From Minisyncoccia bacterium (GTDB taxonomy: Bacteria; Patescibacteriota; Minisyncoccia; UBA6257; JAAZHW01), in assembly GCA_041550235.1 (NCBI GenBank), contig JBFEPE010000005.1:1-49062 (forward strand): a DNA stretch of 49,062 nt. The letters are read 5' to 3'. Position numbers and translations under genes: made by a program. Below are positions 19,201 to 29,475 of the stretch, in pieces. Position 1 is the stretch's first letter. The number at the start of each line of letters is the position of its first letter. The notes under the pieces were generated by a model. That model worked only from the letters and a program-made list of their open reading frames with translations. It was not told the origin of the DNA and did not search any database.

Positions 19201-19233
19201 TCCTATTAAGAGCCATGTTTTAAAAAATACCAT

Positions 19234-19542
19234 CACACCTCCTCCCCGCGAAGCGGGGAGGAGGTGTGTGCTTCTAATTTTTATTTCCTTAATATTTTTA
19301 TACCATTATTATAATAAATAAGCAATTATAATTCAAAGTCTCTCGGCACTTTGAATTAGTAATTTTGAAATGATGAGATATCCCCCCTCGCCGTAGGCGA
19401 GGGGGGATATCGTAATATTCCACATCAGTGCTTTGAATTAGCGATTATTGAGGTGATACGATCCCCCCTCGCCGTAGGGCGAGGGGGGATAATTGATGGT
19501 GCTATAATCAAAATCCTGCCACCTGCAGATGGTGGCAGGATT
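19234..19542. repeat. Cluster of hairpins including a degenerate ~80-bp tandem duplication
   Basis: Hairpins at about 19234, 19330, 19378, 19461, 19512; CTTTGAATTAG...ATCCCCCCTCGCCGTAG occurs twice. Confidence 0.75.
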
Positions 19543-19556
19543 GTTAATCATCTCAA

Positions 19557-20048
19557 CTAAAACTGAACACAATAATATCCATTATCTTCATCACTGCAAT
19601 CAACTCCATAAATATCGGTATCATCAATATCATTAACTAAAATATTATTTCCTAAATCTTCTAATTGGGCCCTCAAAACATAGCTTTGGCAATCACTTGA
19701 TGATGGTGTGGCATATCCATAAGAATGCGATTCTCCTAATGGATCTTGTGGAACTTGCCTAATGCCAATACCACTTGTTGTGAGTTCGCTTGTTAGATTT
19801 GACCAACTACTTAAGTCGCCAGAATATGCATTGCAAGGATATTCTAAATTCTTTGTATAATAAACCTCTAATCCATTTTGGACTTGTTTCAAGTCAGCAA
19901 CCCTCCGGGCATCCCTTCCTCTTGTCCTAAATGATGCCAACCCAACTAGTATTAGAGATGCCAATAGTCCGATAATAGCGACTACGATAAGCAATTCCAA
20001 TAATGTAAATCCCTTTTTGTTTGTATTTTTTGTTTGTATTTTTTTCAT
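19557..20048 (-). CDS. Type IV pilin / GspG-like prepilin
   Basis: KKG|FTLLELLIVVAII cleavage motif, RDARRVADL, PQDP, C-terminal cysteines. Confidence 0.93.
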   Translation of the reverse strand: MKKIQTKNTNKKGFTLLELLIVVAIIGLLASLILVGLASFRTRGRDARRVADLKQVQNGLEVYYTKNLEYPCNAYSGDLSSWSNLTSELTTSGIGIRQVPQDPLGESHSYGYATPSSSDCQSYVLRAQLEDLGNNILVNDIDDTDIYGVDCSDEDNGYYCVQF

Positions 20049-20212
20049 ATTTTTATTTTTATATAATTTGAATTGTAAGATAGTAATCACTCTATCCCCC
20101 CCGCCTTCGGCGGGGAGGGATATTGATTTTTTCTTAACCCAAAATATATAATTTATTATTAATAATTATACAACACAATTATATTTTATCATAATAATTC
20201 AATAATCAAAAA

Positions 20213-21421
20213 TTAAAATACCTGTGCGAGATTATATATTGGGATGAGGACGGCGGCGATGAAGAGACCGATGAAAAGACCCAAAAATACAATCAATGCC
20301 GGCTGTATCAATTCCACAACACCAGTGATAGCAGCTTGAACCTCCTCATTATAGAAAGCAGAAATCTTATCTAAAAGATCCTCCAACTTTCCTGATGTTT
20401 CGCCAACAGAAATCATTTGAACTACCAATGGAGGAAAATATTCAGGATATTTTGCAAAACTTGATGAAATACTTCCCCCTTTTCTGATATTATCAGCTGA
20501 CTCATCCAAAATTCTGCGATAAAGATTATTTGTCACAACTCTACCGGATATTTCAAGTGAGTTGGCAATCGGAATTCCTCCCCTCATCAAAACATTTGTC
20601 GCGGTTGCAAATCTTGTGATAGCAATTCTTTTTGATAATTCGCCAACAACTGGAATGCCCAATATCAACTCATCCCAAACCGCCCTGCCTTCCCTTGATC
20701 TGAAATATCTCACAGCAAAATATATTATTGCTGCTAATATGATAAGAATAATCCATCCCCACGATGTCGCAATGTCGCCAAGAGACAAGAGGACTTTTGT
20801 TATCCACGGCAATTTAACATCTGTTTCGGTGAATATAGAGCGAAGCTGAGGAATAACCACCGTTAAGACAACTGCGATGACGACGACAAAAACAACAACA
20901 ACAAAAACAGGATAAATCATTGCATTTCTTATCTTATTTCTTAATTGATTTTCTCTTTCTAAATAATCTGCTAAGAAATTCAATGTCTCTTCTAATTGAC
21001 CTGATGCCTCGGCTGAACGAATCATATTCACAAAGAATTCTGAAAATATGTTTTCATGCTTAGCGAGTGCTTGTGATAAATACAATCCGCCATCCACATC
21101 AGTATAAACATCAAAGACTGCATCCTTTAAGACGGGACTTGTTAATTGCTTATGAAGTGTTCTTAATGCTTCAGAAATTGAAACCTCGGCACCAACAAGA
21201 GTGCTTAATTGTCTTGTGAAAATCATTATATCCTTTGTTTTTGCCTTTCTTAAAAATGGAAATATTCCCTCCAAAAAACCTTTTTTCTCAGCGGATTCTA
21301 ATGATAAGATATATAATTTATTATCCTGCAAGATTTTAATGGCTAAATCTCGGCTAGCTGCCTCAACGACACCTGCCTGAACTTCGCCCGATTCATTTCT
21401 TGCAGTATATTTATATTTCAT
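20213..21421 (-). CDS. pilC: Type IV pilus platform protein PilC/GspF
   Basis: FTRQLSTL, AEASGQL, AMIYP, VGETSGKL; start trimmed to MKYKY. Confidence 0.93.
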   Translation of the reverse strand: MKYKYTARNESGEVQAGVVEAASRDLAIKILQDNKLYILSLESAEKKGFLEGIFPFLRKAKTKDIMIFTRQLSTLVGAEVSISEALRTLHKQLTSPVLKDAVFDVYTDVDGGLYLSQALAKHENIFSEFFVNMIRSAEASGQLEETLNFLADYLERENQLRNKIRNAMIYPVFVVVVFVVVIAVVLTVVIPQLRSIFTETDVKLPWITKVLLSLGDIATSWGWIILIILAAIIYFAVRYFRSREGRAVWDELILGIPVVGELSKRIAITRFATATNVLMRGGIPIANSLEISGRVVTNNLYRRILDESADNIRKGGSISSSFAKYPEYFPPLVVQMISVGETSGKLEDLLDKISAFYNEEVQAAITGVVELIQPALIVFLGLFIGLFIAAVLIPIYNLAQVF

Positions 21422-21511
21422 ATTATTAATATAATTATACAACAAAATATATAAAAATAAAAAGTAAATAAAACTTTGACAGATATTTAATTTATTATAT
21501 ACTAAAAATAT

Positions 21512-22696
21512 ATGGAAATTAGAAATAGCGGGCAAAAATATAAAATCATATATGGCGGATGGAGTCAAAGAACCTCTCTTCACTTGAAAGAAATATACGA
21601 ATTTTTTAAATTGGGTGAGACGGAATTAAATTTGAATAGAGACGACTTAAAGAAATATTGGCGGGCATTGAAAATAAAAGAAGTAAAAAAAGGAAGTGAT
21701 TATTTTGACTTCGTTGAGGCAAAGACAACGGAAAATATAAATATAAAATATTTTGAGGACGGACTTTACTTATTGGAAATAGAATCAGGCAACCCAATTT
21801 CTGCTAAAAAGATATTGATGGATTATTACAACGACCGACTTAATCTCGCCATTTCATTTATATTTTCTTTAGGTGCTCCGACAACAAATAAATTAACAGA
21901 ATCAAGAATTCACCCATCTGTTTTTTTGACAACCTCGCAATCTCCGGAAAATATATTAATTCCCGAAGAGATGGGGCAACCAATAGAAAAGACGGGCGAT
22001 TCAAATTTATTAAATTACAACACTAATTTTGGTCATCTCATCGTGATGAAAGAGGGTGGCGAGAATGAGAAAGTGGCAAATGATTTGGCAGAAATTCAAG
22101 TATTTTTATCAGAGTTTCAATATCAACTCAGAGCATATCTAAACCTCCATCGTAAAATTTGGGAGGATATTTCTGAAATTAAGAGCAAGAAGAAGATTCG
22201 CGGGACAGAGGTAGATGATATAAGAAATCAACTTGATAATTACCAAAGAATTGTTAATGTTATAAATAATAGAATTGATCAAATGGATATATTTATTACC
22301 AGCCGAAAAAATATGGCTGAATATCTTAATTTGACTGAAAAAGTTAAAAATTATTTTGGATTTAAATTTGATGGGACACTTGATACGTTGAAATATCTTC
22401 AAAAAATTTGGAAAATGACTGATAATTATTTACAAACGGCAATTGATAATGTTGTGGAAATCAAGAGTCAAAGTGCCACTCGGGGAATTGAATCATTGCA
22501 ATTAATAACTAGCATTGGGGTTATCTCTGGAATTATTGGATATCTCACACAAGAAGAAGTTCCTCAATTTACCACGAGAAGTATTTTGTATTTTGTGCTA
22601 ATAGTTGCTATTACATGGTTAATAAATATAATTATCAATAAGTTCTATCGTTCGCGGAAATATAGTTTATCAAAAAACCGCAAAATAAATATTTAA
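21512..22696 (+). CDS. Hypothetical membrane protein with coiled stalk and two C-terminal TM helices (CorA-like architecture)
   Basis: Long amphipathic helices then two hydrophobic segments; no GMN motif. Confidence 0.55.
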   Translation: MEIRNSGQKYKIIYGGWSQRTSLHLKEIYEFFKLGETELNLNRDDLKKYWRALKIKEVKKGSDYFDFVEAKTTENINIKYFEDGLYLLEIESGNPISAKKILMDYYNDRLNLAISFIFSLGAPTTNKLTESRIHPSVFLTTSQSPENILIPEEMGQPIEKTGDSNLLNYNTNFGHLIVMKEGGENEKVANDLAEIQVFLSEFQYQLRAYLNLHRKIWEDISEIKSKKKIRGTEVDDIRNQLDNYQRIVNVINNRIDQMDIFITSRKNMAEYLNLTEKVKNYFGFKFDGTLDTLKYLQKIWKMTDNYLQTAIDNVVEIKSQSATRGIESLQLITSIGVISGIIGYLTQEEVPQFTTRSILYFVLIVAITWLINIIINKFYRSRKYSLSKNRKINI

Positions 22697-22701
22697 CAAA
22701 A

Positions 22702-23535
22702 ATGGGTATTGAAAATGGAAAATTTGAAAAGAGGGAGCCAAGAGGAATAGAAGCAATTTCTAAGTTTTTTTCTCAAAAAGCAAGAGAATTAATGTCAGAA
22801 AGTGAGGGTGGTTTGAAAATAAAAGAAAATAATTTAAGAATTGATATGTCAGGTCATTCCAATATTTATAATAGTAAAAAAATAGAGAAAGATAAGGAAT
22901 ATGTTGAAAGTATGAAGAAAAATTTTAAAGCGAGAATGGAGGGAGAGTCAAACGAGAGGAAAAAGGAGAGAGAGATTAGGGGGAAAGAAAAAAATGCGAT
23001 GCTAGAGGCGATAAAAACAGCATTATTCAATAAATATTTAGGAGGGCAATTTATTGTCGTGAGGACAAGTGAGAGAGATGACTATCACAAAGGTGTAGAT
23101 AATTTAATAATAGAAAGAAAAACAGGAAATATCGTCTCTGCTTTTGATGAGGCAAGAGAAACATCACTGGAAGATAAAAGAGATGAGATTAGAAGAAAAA
23201 ATGTTGTAGAGGGGGGGGCAAAGGTAGAATATGGCATAAAAATAGACGAGGATTCAAAAAAAATAGTTCCTTCTGGCAAGATACACTCTCTTCCTATTTT
23301 CTACCTATCATTAAGCGACCAAGATATTGAAGATGGAATAAATAATTTTTCAATAAATTCAGAAAGTGAGCTTGAGAAAAGACTGATGAGAGAATTTTTA
23401 AATGAGATTGATATACAAATAAGAGATTTAGGAGAAGAAAGATTAGAAGATGGCATTAGAGAGAGGGTTGATGACTTTAAGGATTCAATGTTAGAAATAC
23501 CCAAAAAAATTTGGGAAAGTAGTTTTGAGAAATAA
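22702..23535 (+). CDS. Hypothetical protein, paralog A (possible PD-(D/E)xK-like fold)
   Basis: FNKYLGGQFIVVRTSERDDYHKGVDNLII...AFDE, similar to the next ORF. Confidence 0.7.
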   Translation: MGIENGKFEKREPRGIEAISKFFSQKARELMSESEGGLKIKENNLRIDMSGHSNIYNSKKIEKDKEYVESMKKNFKARMEGESNERKKEREIRGKEKNAMLEAIKTALFNKYLGGQFIVVRTSERDDYHKGVDNLIIERKTGNIVSAFDEARETSLEDKRDEIRRKNVVEGGAKVEYGIKIDEDSKKIVPSGKIHSLPIFYLSLSDQDIEDGINNFSINSESELEKRLMREFLNEIDIQIRDLGEERLEDGIRERVDDFKDSMLEIPKKIWESSFEK

Positions 23536-24433
23536 AATATTAAAAAATATGAGGAGAGAAAAATTTAGTTATGACCCCCCACCATTTGGGAAGAAATCAT
23601 GGGAAATTGAGGTAGGGGGCGATGAGAAAGGCAGGGAAAAAGAAAAAAGTAGGGGGGAAAAATTATTGGATGAGCAATTAAGACAAACCCAAGAGTTGAT
23701 AAAATCAAAGGGGATTAGTTTTGTTGATGAAGATTGTCGATTGGATTTGGAGGAATATAAGAGGGGGGGTGCCTATACTCAGAGTGAAATTATGGCTGAC
23801 GAAAGAAGGATTGAGGAATATAAGAGGGGGCATGAGAAAATAAATGAAAGGAGAAGTGAAAAAGAAAAAGAACAAACAAAAGATGGGGAAAGATTTGAGA
23901 AATTAAAAACAATAATATTTAATAAATTTTTAGGAGAAAATTTTGTCACAGTAAGAACATCAATGATTGATGATATTGATAATGGAATAGACAACATAAT
24001 TATCAATAAAGAAACAAATGAAATAGTTGGGGCGCTTGACGAGGTTTGTTCTGATGGAAGCCCATCAAAGAAAAGAAAGAAATTAAATAAAAAAATGAGG
24101 GAGGATGAAGGGGGCGAGTTGAAATATGGATTAAAGTTTGGGGGGAATAAAATTGTTCCCTCTGAAGAAATAAGGGGTTTGCCAATATTTTATTTACAGA
24201 TAAATCACAAGTATTTAAAATATGCAATGAATGAATTAAGTGATGATATAAACGAAAAAACAGAAGCAGAAGAAAAAATTTTCAAGAGATTGATAAATAG
24301 TATGTATAGGCAGTCACATAAATGGAAAGAGGATGAATTGATTAATCCTAATTTACAAAACAATTTTAGCTCCATCTATAAAACAATAAAAAAAGATAGA
24401 TACCTCTCATCTCTTTTAGAAAAAGATAACTAG
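23525..24433 (+). CDS. Hypothetical protein, paralog B (start may be 23549)
   Basis: FNKFLGENFVTVRTSMIDDIDNGIDNIII...ALDE. Confidence 0.7.
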   Translation: MRNKILKNMRREKFSYDPPPFGKKSWEIEVGGDEKGREKEKSRGEKLLDEQLRQTQELIKSKGISFVDEDCRLDLEEYKRGGAYTQSEIMADERRIEEYKRGHEKINERRSEKEKEQTKDGERFEKLKTIIFNKFLGENFVTVRTSMIDDIDNGIDNIIINKETNEIVGALDEVCSDGSPSKKRKKLNKKMREDEGGELKYGLKFGGNKIVPSEEIRGLPIFYLQINHKYLKYAMNELSDDINEKTEAEEKIFKRLINSMYRQSHKWKEDELINPNLQNNFSSIYKTIKKDRYLSSLLEKDN

Positions 24434-24452
24434 AAAAACAATAATCAGACAG

Positions 24453-24493
24453 AAAACCCCCGCACCTTGCGGAAGCAAGGTGCGGGGGGTTTT
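24453..24493. terminator. Bidirectional terminator
   Basis: AAAACCCCCGCACCTTGC-GGAA-GCAAGGTGCGGGGGGTTTT between convergent genes. Confidence 0.8.
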
Positions 24494-24504
24494 ATTCTAA
24501 AAAC

Positions 24505-25665
24505 TTATGATAAGCCAACTAATTTTCTTACTTCTCTCATTGTCTCTTGAGCAATAACCCTTGCCTTCTCTGCTCCTTCTTCATATATTCTCATAACTGC
24601 TTGCTTATCCCTCATCAATTCATTTCTCTTCTCTCTCATCGGAGCAAAATAATTTATAATTGATTCCGCTAAAATATTTTTTATCTCACTATATTTATAT
24701 TTCAATTTTTTCAAATCAATATATGGAATATCCCCCCATCCCAATTCTTTTGGAGATATAAAAGTTATTTCATCAAATTTTTCTTTATTAAATTCTCCCA
24801 AAAGTCTAAAAATATTTTCTAGCCCTGATTCCATTTTACTGATTTCTAATTGCTTGTCTTTCGTTATTTCTTTATTTTTTCTCAATAAGTTGTCAATATC
24901 TTCTTTTTTAATTTTTTTCATCTTCCAAATAGAAGAATTATTATTGAAATCCATATAAATTTTTTCTACACCATTCTTTATTAAAAAATCATTATCCGCC
25001 GAGACGGCTGACCTTATTTTTTTTCTAATATCATCTGGCTCATCAAAAATTCCAATATATGAATTTAGGTCTGATTTTGACATTTTCTTCAATGGATTAT
25101 TTAAACTCATCAATTTTGGAACTCTTGAGATTCTTTGCTTTGGCTCTTTGAAAAATTCTCCGTATCGGCGATTAAATCTCCGAGCAGTTTCCCTCGCTAA
25201 TTCTAAATGCTGAAGTTGGTCTTCGCCTACTGGCACCATCTCTGCTTGATATAGCAATATATCGGCCGCTTGTAGAATTGGGTATGTAAATAGTCCGGCA
25301 TTAGAAACCATATCTTGCCTTTTACTCTTATCCTTAAATTGAGTCATTCTTTCTAATTCTCCCATTGGGGTGAGGCAATTAAATATCCATGCTAATTCTA
25401 ATACTTCAGGGATGTGCGATTGAATTGCTAATATTGATTTTTCTGGGTCTAATCCTACTGCTAATAAATCAACGGCTAATTGCTCTATTTGATTTCTTTT
25501 TTCTTTTGCAGAAACAGGATTGGCTGTGAGGGAGTGATAATCAACAATGAAAAAAAGACGAGAGAAATTATCATCCTCTTGTAGTTTTTTCCATTGCTTT
25601 ATTGCCCCCAAGTAATTTCCAATATGGATATCACCTGTTGGCTGTATTCCACTAAATACTATCAT
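24505..25665 (-). CDS. trpS: Tryptophan--tRNA ligase
   Basis: SGIQPTG.HIGN, YPILQAADIL, VPVGEDQ, KMSKS. Confidence 0.97.
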   Translation of the reverse strand: MIVFSGIQPTGDIHIGNYLGAIKQWKKLQEDDNFSRLFFIVDYHSLTANPVSAKEKRNQIEQLAVDLLAVGLDPEKSILAIQSHIPEVLELAWIFNCLTPMGELERMTQFKDKSKRQDMVSNAGLFTYPILQAADILLYQAEMVPVGEDQLQHLELARETARRFNRRYGEFFKEPKQRISRVPKLMSLNNPLKKMSKSDLNSYIGIFDEPDDIRKKIRSAVSADNDFLIKNGVEKIYMDFNNNSSIWKMKKIKKEDIDNLLRKNKEITKDKQLEISKMESGLENIFRLLGEFNKEKFDEITFISPKELGWGDIPYIDLKKLKYKYSEIKNILAESIINYFAPMREKRNELMRDKQAVMRIYEEGAEKARVIAQETMREVRKLVGLS

Positions 25666-25766
25666 TTTTCTATTCTATCAGATATCTTTCTTATTTCAAT
25701 ATAATTTGATTAGCAAAGATGATGTCTTATTCTCATCTGTCATCTCATCATGTTTTTCGCACCTTC

Positions 25767-25853
25767 TGTCACCCCTGCGAAGGCAGGGGTCTAAAGAGAT
25801 GGCAAGCGAATGATAGTAGTGGGATTGAGATTCCCGCCTTCGCGGGAATGACA
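25767..25853. repeat. REPIN/dRS3-like paired palindrome element (copy 2, inverted)
   Basis: GTCACCCCTGCGAAGGCAGGGGTC-spacer-GATTCCCGCCTTCGCGGGAATGAC. Confidence 0.8.
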
Positions 25854-25867
25854 AGAAAAAACCATTT

Positions 25868-27070
25868 CTACTGAAACCAGCGGATGAATCTTCGCAATGA
25901 CTTATTTAATTCTGTATGGGTTTGAGTAGGAACAAATCTATCAACCAAAGCCATCCTCATTCCTAGACCAAGATAATCCATCATCCCCTTCTCATCATCA
26001 ATATCAATTCCCAAATCCCCAAAAACATCATCCTTTGGATAAATAGAAACTTTTGGCTTTTTAGGGAAAATCTTTCTACCCCAAGAAAGTTTTGGCAACA
26101 CCCCACCTATTTTTTTCAAAAAAGAATCTTCTCCCTCCAAAAAAATTTCTCCATCAATCTTTTCTCTCTTAAATGTCGTGAGGGATAATATAATCCCCTG
26201 TTGAAGCATCTTTATTTCCTGCAAAAAAATCTTATCAAACCACTTACTCGCTTTTTCACTCATTCCTCCTTTTAAATATAAATCCTTTATGACTTCCGCT
26301 TGCTCATTAGATAATGATGTCACCTTTTTGATTTCTCTTGTGATAATTTCAAAACCCCAATCAAAAGCGATTGAATATCTTAATGATTCCCCGAGGATTG
26401 AGATAATTGTTTCTTCTGCTCCTATCTCCACTAAAACCCCACTTTTTTTCAAAAAATTATTAGCAGCATCTGAAATAATTTCCTTTTGGCAAAAACTAAT
26501 CAAGCCGCTATTTTTATTTTTTATTATCTCGCCCAACTCCTCCCAAAACGATTCCACTGTATAATTATTTTTAAAATTGATTTCAATTCTTCTTCCGGGA
26601 AATCCGATTGGATTTATTACCTTATTTGAATCTATTTTAGGGCTATGAGCAAAAGTCTTTGCTAATATTGGACTTTCCTCATTAAAAAATCTGCTCATTA
26701 TCGGCAATTCTCTTTCCTTCATCTTGATAACTGCATCTGATATTGTGTTTTCTAATTCTTCTTGCGAAATAAATGAGGCGGGGTTTTCTCTTATTGTTGA
26801 AAATCTGAAATTTGTTGATTTTATAAGAGATTTATCGGCGAAAAAAATAATGTTTTTGCTTTTTGGTTTTGATACGATGGCCGAACTCAATATCTCTAAT
26901 ATTTTACTTGGGCTGATTGATTTTTTTCTTTCAAAATAAAACAAGTCCCTGATTTTTATTTTTTTATCAGTTAGATTTATGTCGGCCTTCATTGCTCCTA
27001 TTTTTTTTGGCTCTACTTGGAAAAATAAGAATTTTTGCCACTTTTTTGAGAATAGGTTTATTCCGAACAT
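25868..27070 (-). CDS. Divergent FtsA-like (actin-fold) protein
   Basis: ID..KVINPIGF.G, VLVEIGAEETII, WG...ITREI, AEVIK motifs; nucleotide-binding loops look degenerate. Confidence 0.55.
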   Translation of the reverse strand: MFGINLFSKKWQKFLFFQVEPKKIGAMKADINLTDKKIKIRDLFYFERKKSISPSKILEILSSAIVSKPKSKNIIFFADKSLIKSTNFRFSTIRENPASFISQEELENTISDAVIKMKERELPIMSRFFNEESPILAKTFAHSPKIDSNKVINPIGFPGRRIEINFKNNYTVESFWEELGEIIKNKNSGLISFCQKEIISDAANNFLKKSGVLVEIGAEETIISILGESLRYSIAFDWGFEIITREIKKVTSLSNEQAEVIKDLYLKGGMSEKASKWFDKIFLQEIKMLQQGIILSLTTFKREKIDGEIFLEGEDSFLKKIGGVLPKLSWGRKIFPKKPKVSIYPKDDVFGDLGIDIDDEKGMMDYLGLGMRMALVDRFVPTQTHTELNKSLRRFIRWFQ

Positions 27071-27187
27071 TATGATAATTTTACACCATTTCCCCTTTTT
27101 TAGAAAATGAATCACCACATTAGAATTAAAAAAAGCCAAGATTTGTTATATTTTGTTCGGGATACGAAAAATAGAGTTAATATATCT

Positions 27188-27280
27188 CCCCGCCCGCCTT
27201 TGGCGGATCTTATAATCTCCCTCTAATAGAGGGGTGGCTCGCCTCTTGGCGAGACGGGGTGTTTATTCCGCCGAAGGTAG
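27188..27280. repeat. Cluster of short GC palindromes
   Basis: CCGCCTTTGGCGG, CCCTCTAATAGAGGG, CTCGCCTCTTGGCGAG. Confidence 0.55.
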
Positions 27281-27391
27281 CACAATCACCTCAATATTAA
27301 GTATAAACAATAAGAGCAATAATCAAAATCTCTCTCCTTCCTAATTTGACAAATTAAATAATATTTGGCAATATGATGGTGGAGGTAAATT

Positions 27392-27775
27392 ATGAAAAAA
27401 CTAAAAATTTTAATCGTAGATGACGATGAGGTATGTATTGGTCTTTTAAAATCAATACTTGAAAATCATTTCCAATTAGATTGTAGTATCGAGACTGCCG
27501 AAAATGGAGAAGTTGGATTAGAAAGTGTGCAAAATGCAATAGAAAATAATAATCCATTTGATATAACAATAACTGATGACAGAATGCCAAAGACGTCGGG
27601 AACAGAGATGGTAGAAAAAATAAGAATGATTGATAAGAACGTTAAAATAATAATGGTAACAGCGACAATAAATGATGTAAACGTTGGTTTAAAGGAAAAA
27701 ATAGATTGCTTGCTAATAAAGCCATTCTTTGCAGATGAGATGATTAAGAAAATAGAAGAACTAATAGCTAGATAA
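27392..27775 (+). CDS. Single-domain response regulator (receiver)
   Basis: ILIVDDD, DITITD..MP, VTA, KPF; TTGACA and GGAGG upstream. Confidence 0.9.
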   Translation: MKKLKILIVDDDEVCIGLLKSILENHFQLDCSIETAENGEVGLESVQNAIENNNPFDITITDDRMPKTSGTEMVEKIRMIDKNVKIIMVTATINDVNVGLKEKIDCLLIKPFFADEMIKKIEELIAR

Positions 27776-27967
27776 AAAAGAATCTCTAAAAAGAGTAATC
27801 CCGGCACTATGCAATTATGCAGTGAAGTGCCGGTATTCTTTTAAAAATTGCACTTCAAAATAAGTTTTTCATAAAAATAAAAAAGCGGGGAGGCGCTTTT
27901 TTATTTTTTTCTTAATTATCTTTCACTAAATTTATTCTTTCTTAATAATCTCTATACCACCAAACAA

Positions 27968-29035
27968 CTAATCAGCCAAGGCATACTTCCTATTATCCAA
28001 CCTCTTAAACAATCTCTTGTCTTGGAGGTTAATAAGAATTGTTGCATCTTTCACATTTCTTTGCTTTTGAACAATATCCACTAACTGCTCAAAAGTTTTA
28101 CTTCCCTTATTTAATGCCTTCACCAATAATTCCTTAACTGTTCCCTCTTCAAAGCCCCAATTCTTTAAGGCATAAACACCCCTTCCTACCAAAACAAACT
28201 CCGGCATTTTAATTAACTCATTATGAGTGGTGGATGCTTGCGCTTTTTTATTATCCTCAAAATTAACCTCGTTTATTGCATCGGCAATTTTAGAAAAGTG
28301 CATTGGCTTTCCTTTTTTTTCCAAAACCAAATATGCCTTATCGCCAACATTTGTTGGGGATATCTTAGACCAATTACTCAAACCAAATTCATAAAATGGA
28401 TTAAAAGCAAAATCTTTTGAAACATCTAAGTAAGAAGTAACCGCCTGCTCATTCTTTATTGAAAGAGTTTTCATTATTTTTCTCAATAATTCTTGATACT
28501 CATCCAACTTAAGAGGCCTGTTCGCCTTCTTCAATTCCTTATGGCACATCTTGTGAACAGAGTCCATCTTTCTTACCGAGTCCTTATCGCTATACCATGC
28601 AGAATGTCTATTTGGCTTCTCAAAAAGATAATTGAAATATGGTGCTAAAGACAAAACAAAAACAAGATGGCTTTTAACTGTCTCTTTGTCAGCATCCTTT
28701 TTCAAGGACTGAATAGGATCATCAACAAATGAATGGGTTGCCTCTTCTAAAAGCAATGACTCTCTTCTTAAACCACCCAAAACTTCTATTTGACCCTTCA
28801 ATTTGTTTACAAGATCATTTAGATCTTTGATATTTTTTCTTAAAACATCTAATGCTCCCGCCTCAATTTGTCTTATTCTTTCTCGGGTAACTCCATTTTG
28901 ACGACCGATAGCCTCCAGTGTGAGAGGCTTATCACCTGTCAATCCAAATCTTTTCTCAACAACATTCTTCTGTTTCTCTGACAGAATATCGATGAAATCA
29001 TTTAATGTTCTAATTAAGCTTTCTTGGTTAATCAT
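27968..29035 (-). CDS. Sigma70 region-4 HTH plus HARE-HTH (RNAP delta-like) domain protein
   Basis: TLEAIG...VTRERIRQIE; KPMHFSKIA...HNELIK...FVLVGRGVYAL. Confidence 0.8.
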   Translation of the reverse strand: MINQESLIRTLNDFIDILSEKQKNVVEKRFGLTGDKPLTLEAIGRQNGVTRERIRQIEAGALDVLRKNIKDLNDLVNKLKGQIEVLGGLRRESLLLEEATHSFVDDPIQSLKKDADKETVKSHLVFVLSLAPYFNYLFEKPNRHSAWYSDKDSVRKMDSVHKMCHKELKKANRPLKLDEYQELLRKIMKTLSIKNEQAVTSYLDVSKDFAFNPFYEFGLSNWSKISPTNVGDKAYLVLEKKGKPMHFSKIADAINEVNFEDNKKAQASTTHNELIKMPEFVLVGRGVYALKNWGFEEGTVKELLVKALNKGSKTFEQLVDIVQKQRNVKDATILINLQDKRLFKRLDNRKYALAD

Positions 29036-29116
29036 ATTTTTATAATTTTTATAAGTTTAACAAAAATAAATAATTATGTCAAGGGGGTAAAAACCCTTTA
29101 ATAATCAGGGTTAAAA

Positions 29117-29398
29117 TTATGAGACCCTTGCCCTCTTTGGATTCCGAAGGAGTTTTTTGATGTTGGCTAAATCCTCTCCCCCCTTTAATATACCAGCCCT
29201 TCTTAATTGTTTTATCTGCTCTCGCATTTTTAATTTATAAACGGCTGATTTCTTTAATTGATTTTTGCTTGGCTTTTTCTTTAAAAATCTTTGAGACTTA
29301 GATTCCTTTAATACCCCGCTTTGGATAACGGACCTATTAAATCTATAGATGAATGATTGTAGTGGCTCATCTTTTTTTCTTTTTACCTGTATTGGCAT
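29117..29398 (-). CDS. rpsU: 30S ribosomal protein S21
   Basis: VKRKKDE...RF.R.V..SGVLKE....F..KPS; next to a HIT gene; start trimmed past the repeat. Confidence 0.8.
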   Translation of the reverse strand: MPIQVKRKKDEPLQSFIYRFNRSVIQSGVLKESKSQRFLKKKPSKNQLKKSAVYKLKMREQIKQLRRAGILKGGEDLANIKKLLRNPKRARVS

Positions 29399-29406
29399 AT
29401 TTTTCT

Positions 29407-29467
29407 TTGCCCGCCATAGTCTTGACGAAGGCGGGATTCGCCTCGCCATAGTCTTGACGAAGGCGGG
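29407..29467 (-). repeat. Two tandem CCCGCCTTCG elements upstream of rpsU
   Basis: CCCGCCTTCGTCAAGACTATGGCG(A)GGC x2, then AGAAAAAT-ATG. Confidence 0.88.
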
Positions 29468-29475
29468 TTCTAATT

